Part shown: positions 61,868 to 64,000 of the stretch, piece by piece
Layout: each line of letters begins with the position of its first letter
Position numbering within the stretch: position 1 is the first letter of the stretch
Source: Octopus vulgaris
Taxonomy: Eukaryota
Reading direction: 5' to 3'
NCBI GenBank assembly: GCA_951406725.2
Contig: OX597818.1
Span: 109,802,001-109,866,000 of the forward strand
DNA length: 64,000 nt
The notes under the pieces: model-generated
Database searches by the model: none
The model's input: the letters and a program-made list of their open reading frames with translations, nothing else
What the model was told of the DNA's origin: nothing
Position numbers and translations under genes: made by a program

Positions 61868-64000
61868 ACTACTACTACTACTACTACTACTACAACTACT
61901 ACTACTACTACTACTACCACTACTACTACTTATACCAACCCCATTAAATTGGTAAACAAGTTCTAATCGAAGAATTTTACTTGATGTTCTTCAGACTTGG
62001 CACAATCTCATTATAGAAGCGAAATCTTGAAGACTAACAAGAAGCGCAGACAGATTGGACAACAACAACATGAACATGACAACAACAACAACAACAACAA
62101 CAACACACAAACAGCAGCATCGAGAAAATGAATAACACTAGCAATAAAAACTCTCATTTCGCCCCTTTGGTGCCCTTCATTCGCACCGAGCATCTATTTA
62201 ATCATGTCTCTCTACACAGTCTCTTTCAAAAGCCCAACGCCGTAGATCTCCAAAGCCCCAAAGCCGCAGCTCACCAAGCAAGAGTATGGAGACTCTCTCT
62301 TTCGAAAACGGAGTGGTCTTCACCCAGCAACGAAACTCTAGCAAGTCCATTGCCCAGTCTTCTCAAATGGCCCCCTGCCTTTCTCGCCTCTGACATTGCG
62401 ATCGATCTTTTTAGTCCCTTGTCAAAGGAATCTTTAACAATTTCGTTGAATACTCTTTTCCTTTATCTCGTAACAACGATGGCACCGTGAGATGTACACG
62501 CCTTGAAGAAAGCTTCCATCTTCGTTTAGCAACAAACTCCATGCTACGCATTCATTGTTAATCTCCACCGAGTTTATCCCCTTCCAACCTTCGTATGCCT
62601 TTGTAATATCTTAAATTTTAATTATGAATGATTGTACTTATATGTCAATAATAAATATTTAATTGCTGATAAGGTAAAGATATTTCGTTTTGTTACTATA
62701 ATGTACAGGGTGTCCACGAATTATCTTTGCAATTTGAAAAATTCAGAAAAAATATTTGAAAAATATGTATAATTGAGCAGAATTTATTGGAAAACACAGG
62801 CAAAGAAATAAGTTTTACTAGAAACATCAGAATACTTTGTTCACATTGTTCATTCCATCATGCCTTAATTTTGTACCCCAGGACGTGCTGTTACACTCAC
62901 TAATCTCTTTAATCTTTCACTCTTTATTGGGATACAACCTGACATTCAGAAACGTATAATGGTATTCCAAAGAAAACAACCCCTTTGGCTCAGTCAGTCT
63001 GCCTTCTTATTGCATTCATTGCTAATATCTCTATGCTAATAGAAACAGTTATAGACAATGGCGTTCTCTACAATCTTCAATCTCTAGCTGCAGATCCGAA
63101 ACCGATTCGCTGGATAGCCGAGTAGATATCACGACCAAGCCACTGTTGTTTCATGTGCTCTGCCGATTAGCGACCAATCTGCGTCAATCCGTCGAGTAAC
63201 AGATTGAAAGCACACATTTTGCCGTCAATAATATAACGCGACTATTTTCCTGTTGTGATGGATCAGCCACAGATTGATCCGTACCAGAGAGTTTGTCGCG
63301 GATCCCAGTAATACATCTCTTCCGTTCTACAATTGTTGCTTTTATTTTTCATCCAAAGAACATCACAGAAAACATTATGTGCAGTAAATAAAGGTTCTCT
63401 GAATATTTCGTGAATGTTGTTGATTTTTTTTAACACTCAGACCTTATCGTTTTGCACCAATATCAATGCAGAGACACATCAACACCCATTCTTCACTGTC
63501 TTTAATGACTCCCAGAATGGCTTGGCTCGTGCTGAGGCAGATCTATTCGGGACCTATTCTGTGTATGACAATCAATGATGGGTTCTTGCCTCGGAGAATT
63601 TCGATGAAAGCAATCTTGTTGCTTAAACATCAGAAAAGCCATCGATCGTGTCTTCTGAGATGCGAGTCCCTTATCGAAGTTCTTCACCTAAAGGTACCAC
63701 ACATCTTTTATCTCTTGGATCGACATCTTCCAATCAAACCGCATCGTCGCGATATCGTGTTGACATAACTCTTCCTGCCTCACTCTCAATCAACAATGGT
63801 GTGTTCTCTCTTTTCTTTCTAGACATCAATTACCTTCAAGTCCAACAACAACACGTGCGCGCGCGCAAACACACACACTGATGATTTCTCCTCCTCCTCC
63901 TCTTCCTCCTCCGCCTCCAACCCTACATCTTCCCCATGCAACCTACACATCACGTGATCTAGTTGGTGGCGTGGTTCCATGGGCGGAGACCTCGACAGCA

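Noticed and set aside
62128-63881. ORFs near the window end as host exons
   Set aside because: No recognisable domains or convincing splice pairs; probably decayed transposon sequence

Overview
AT-rich, microsatellite-saturated animal DNA. The SINE families and repeat landscape suggest a cephalopod (Octopus-like) genome, which is an inference. Most ORF-track entries are microsatellite artefacts. One host gene can be assembled: a + strand, three-coding-exon, 116-aa calcitonin-type neuropeptide precursor (50312-50400, 57881-57958, 59730-59913). Its predicted mature peptide GCDSKIGGLGGQCPTYHTSLDLDRWRYLDSSQSP-amide has an unusually large C-x10-C ring. The rest is mobile DNA: a decayed Penelope-like (Naiad-type RT + GIY-YIG) element, (TAA)n-targeted RLE LINEs, CR1/L2 and Hero fragments, Helitrons, mariner/piggyBac remnants, a MITE and many tRNA-SINEs. 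The most striking unannotated structure is a set of more than 10 short elements in or beside (TA)n tracts that carry minimal type I hammerhead ribozymes. Some have compensatory U3-A8 cores, and many are head-to-head palindromes with both 3' ends facing outward. This suggests bidirectional (twin) priming at (TA)n by a Penelope-like RT/endonuclease.
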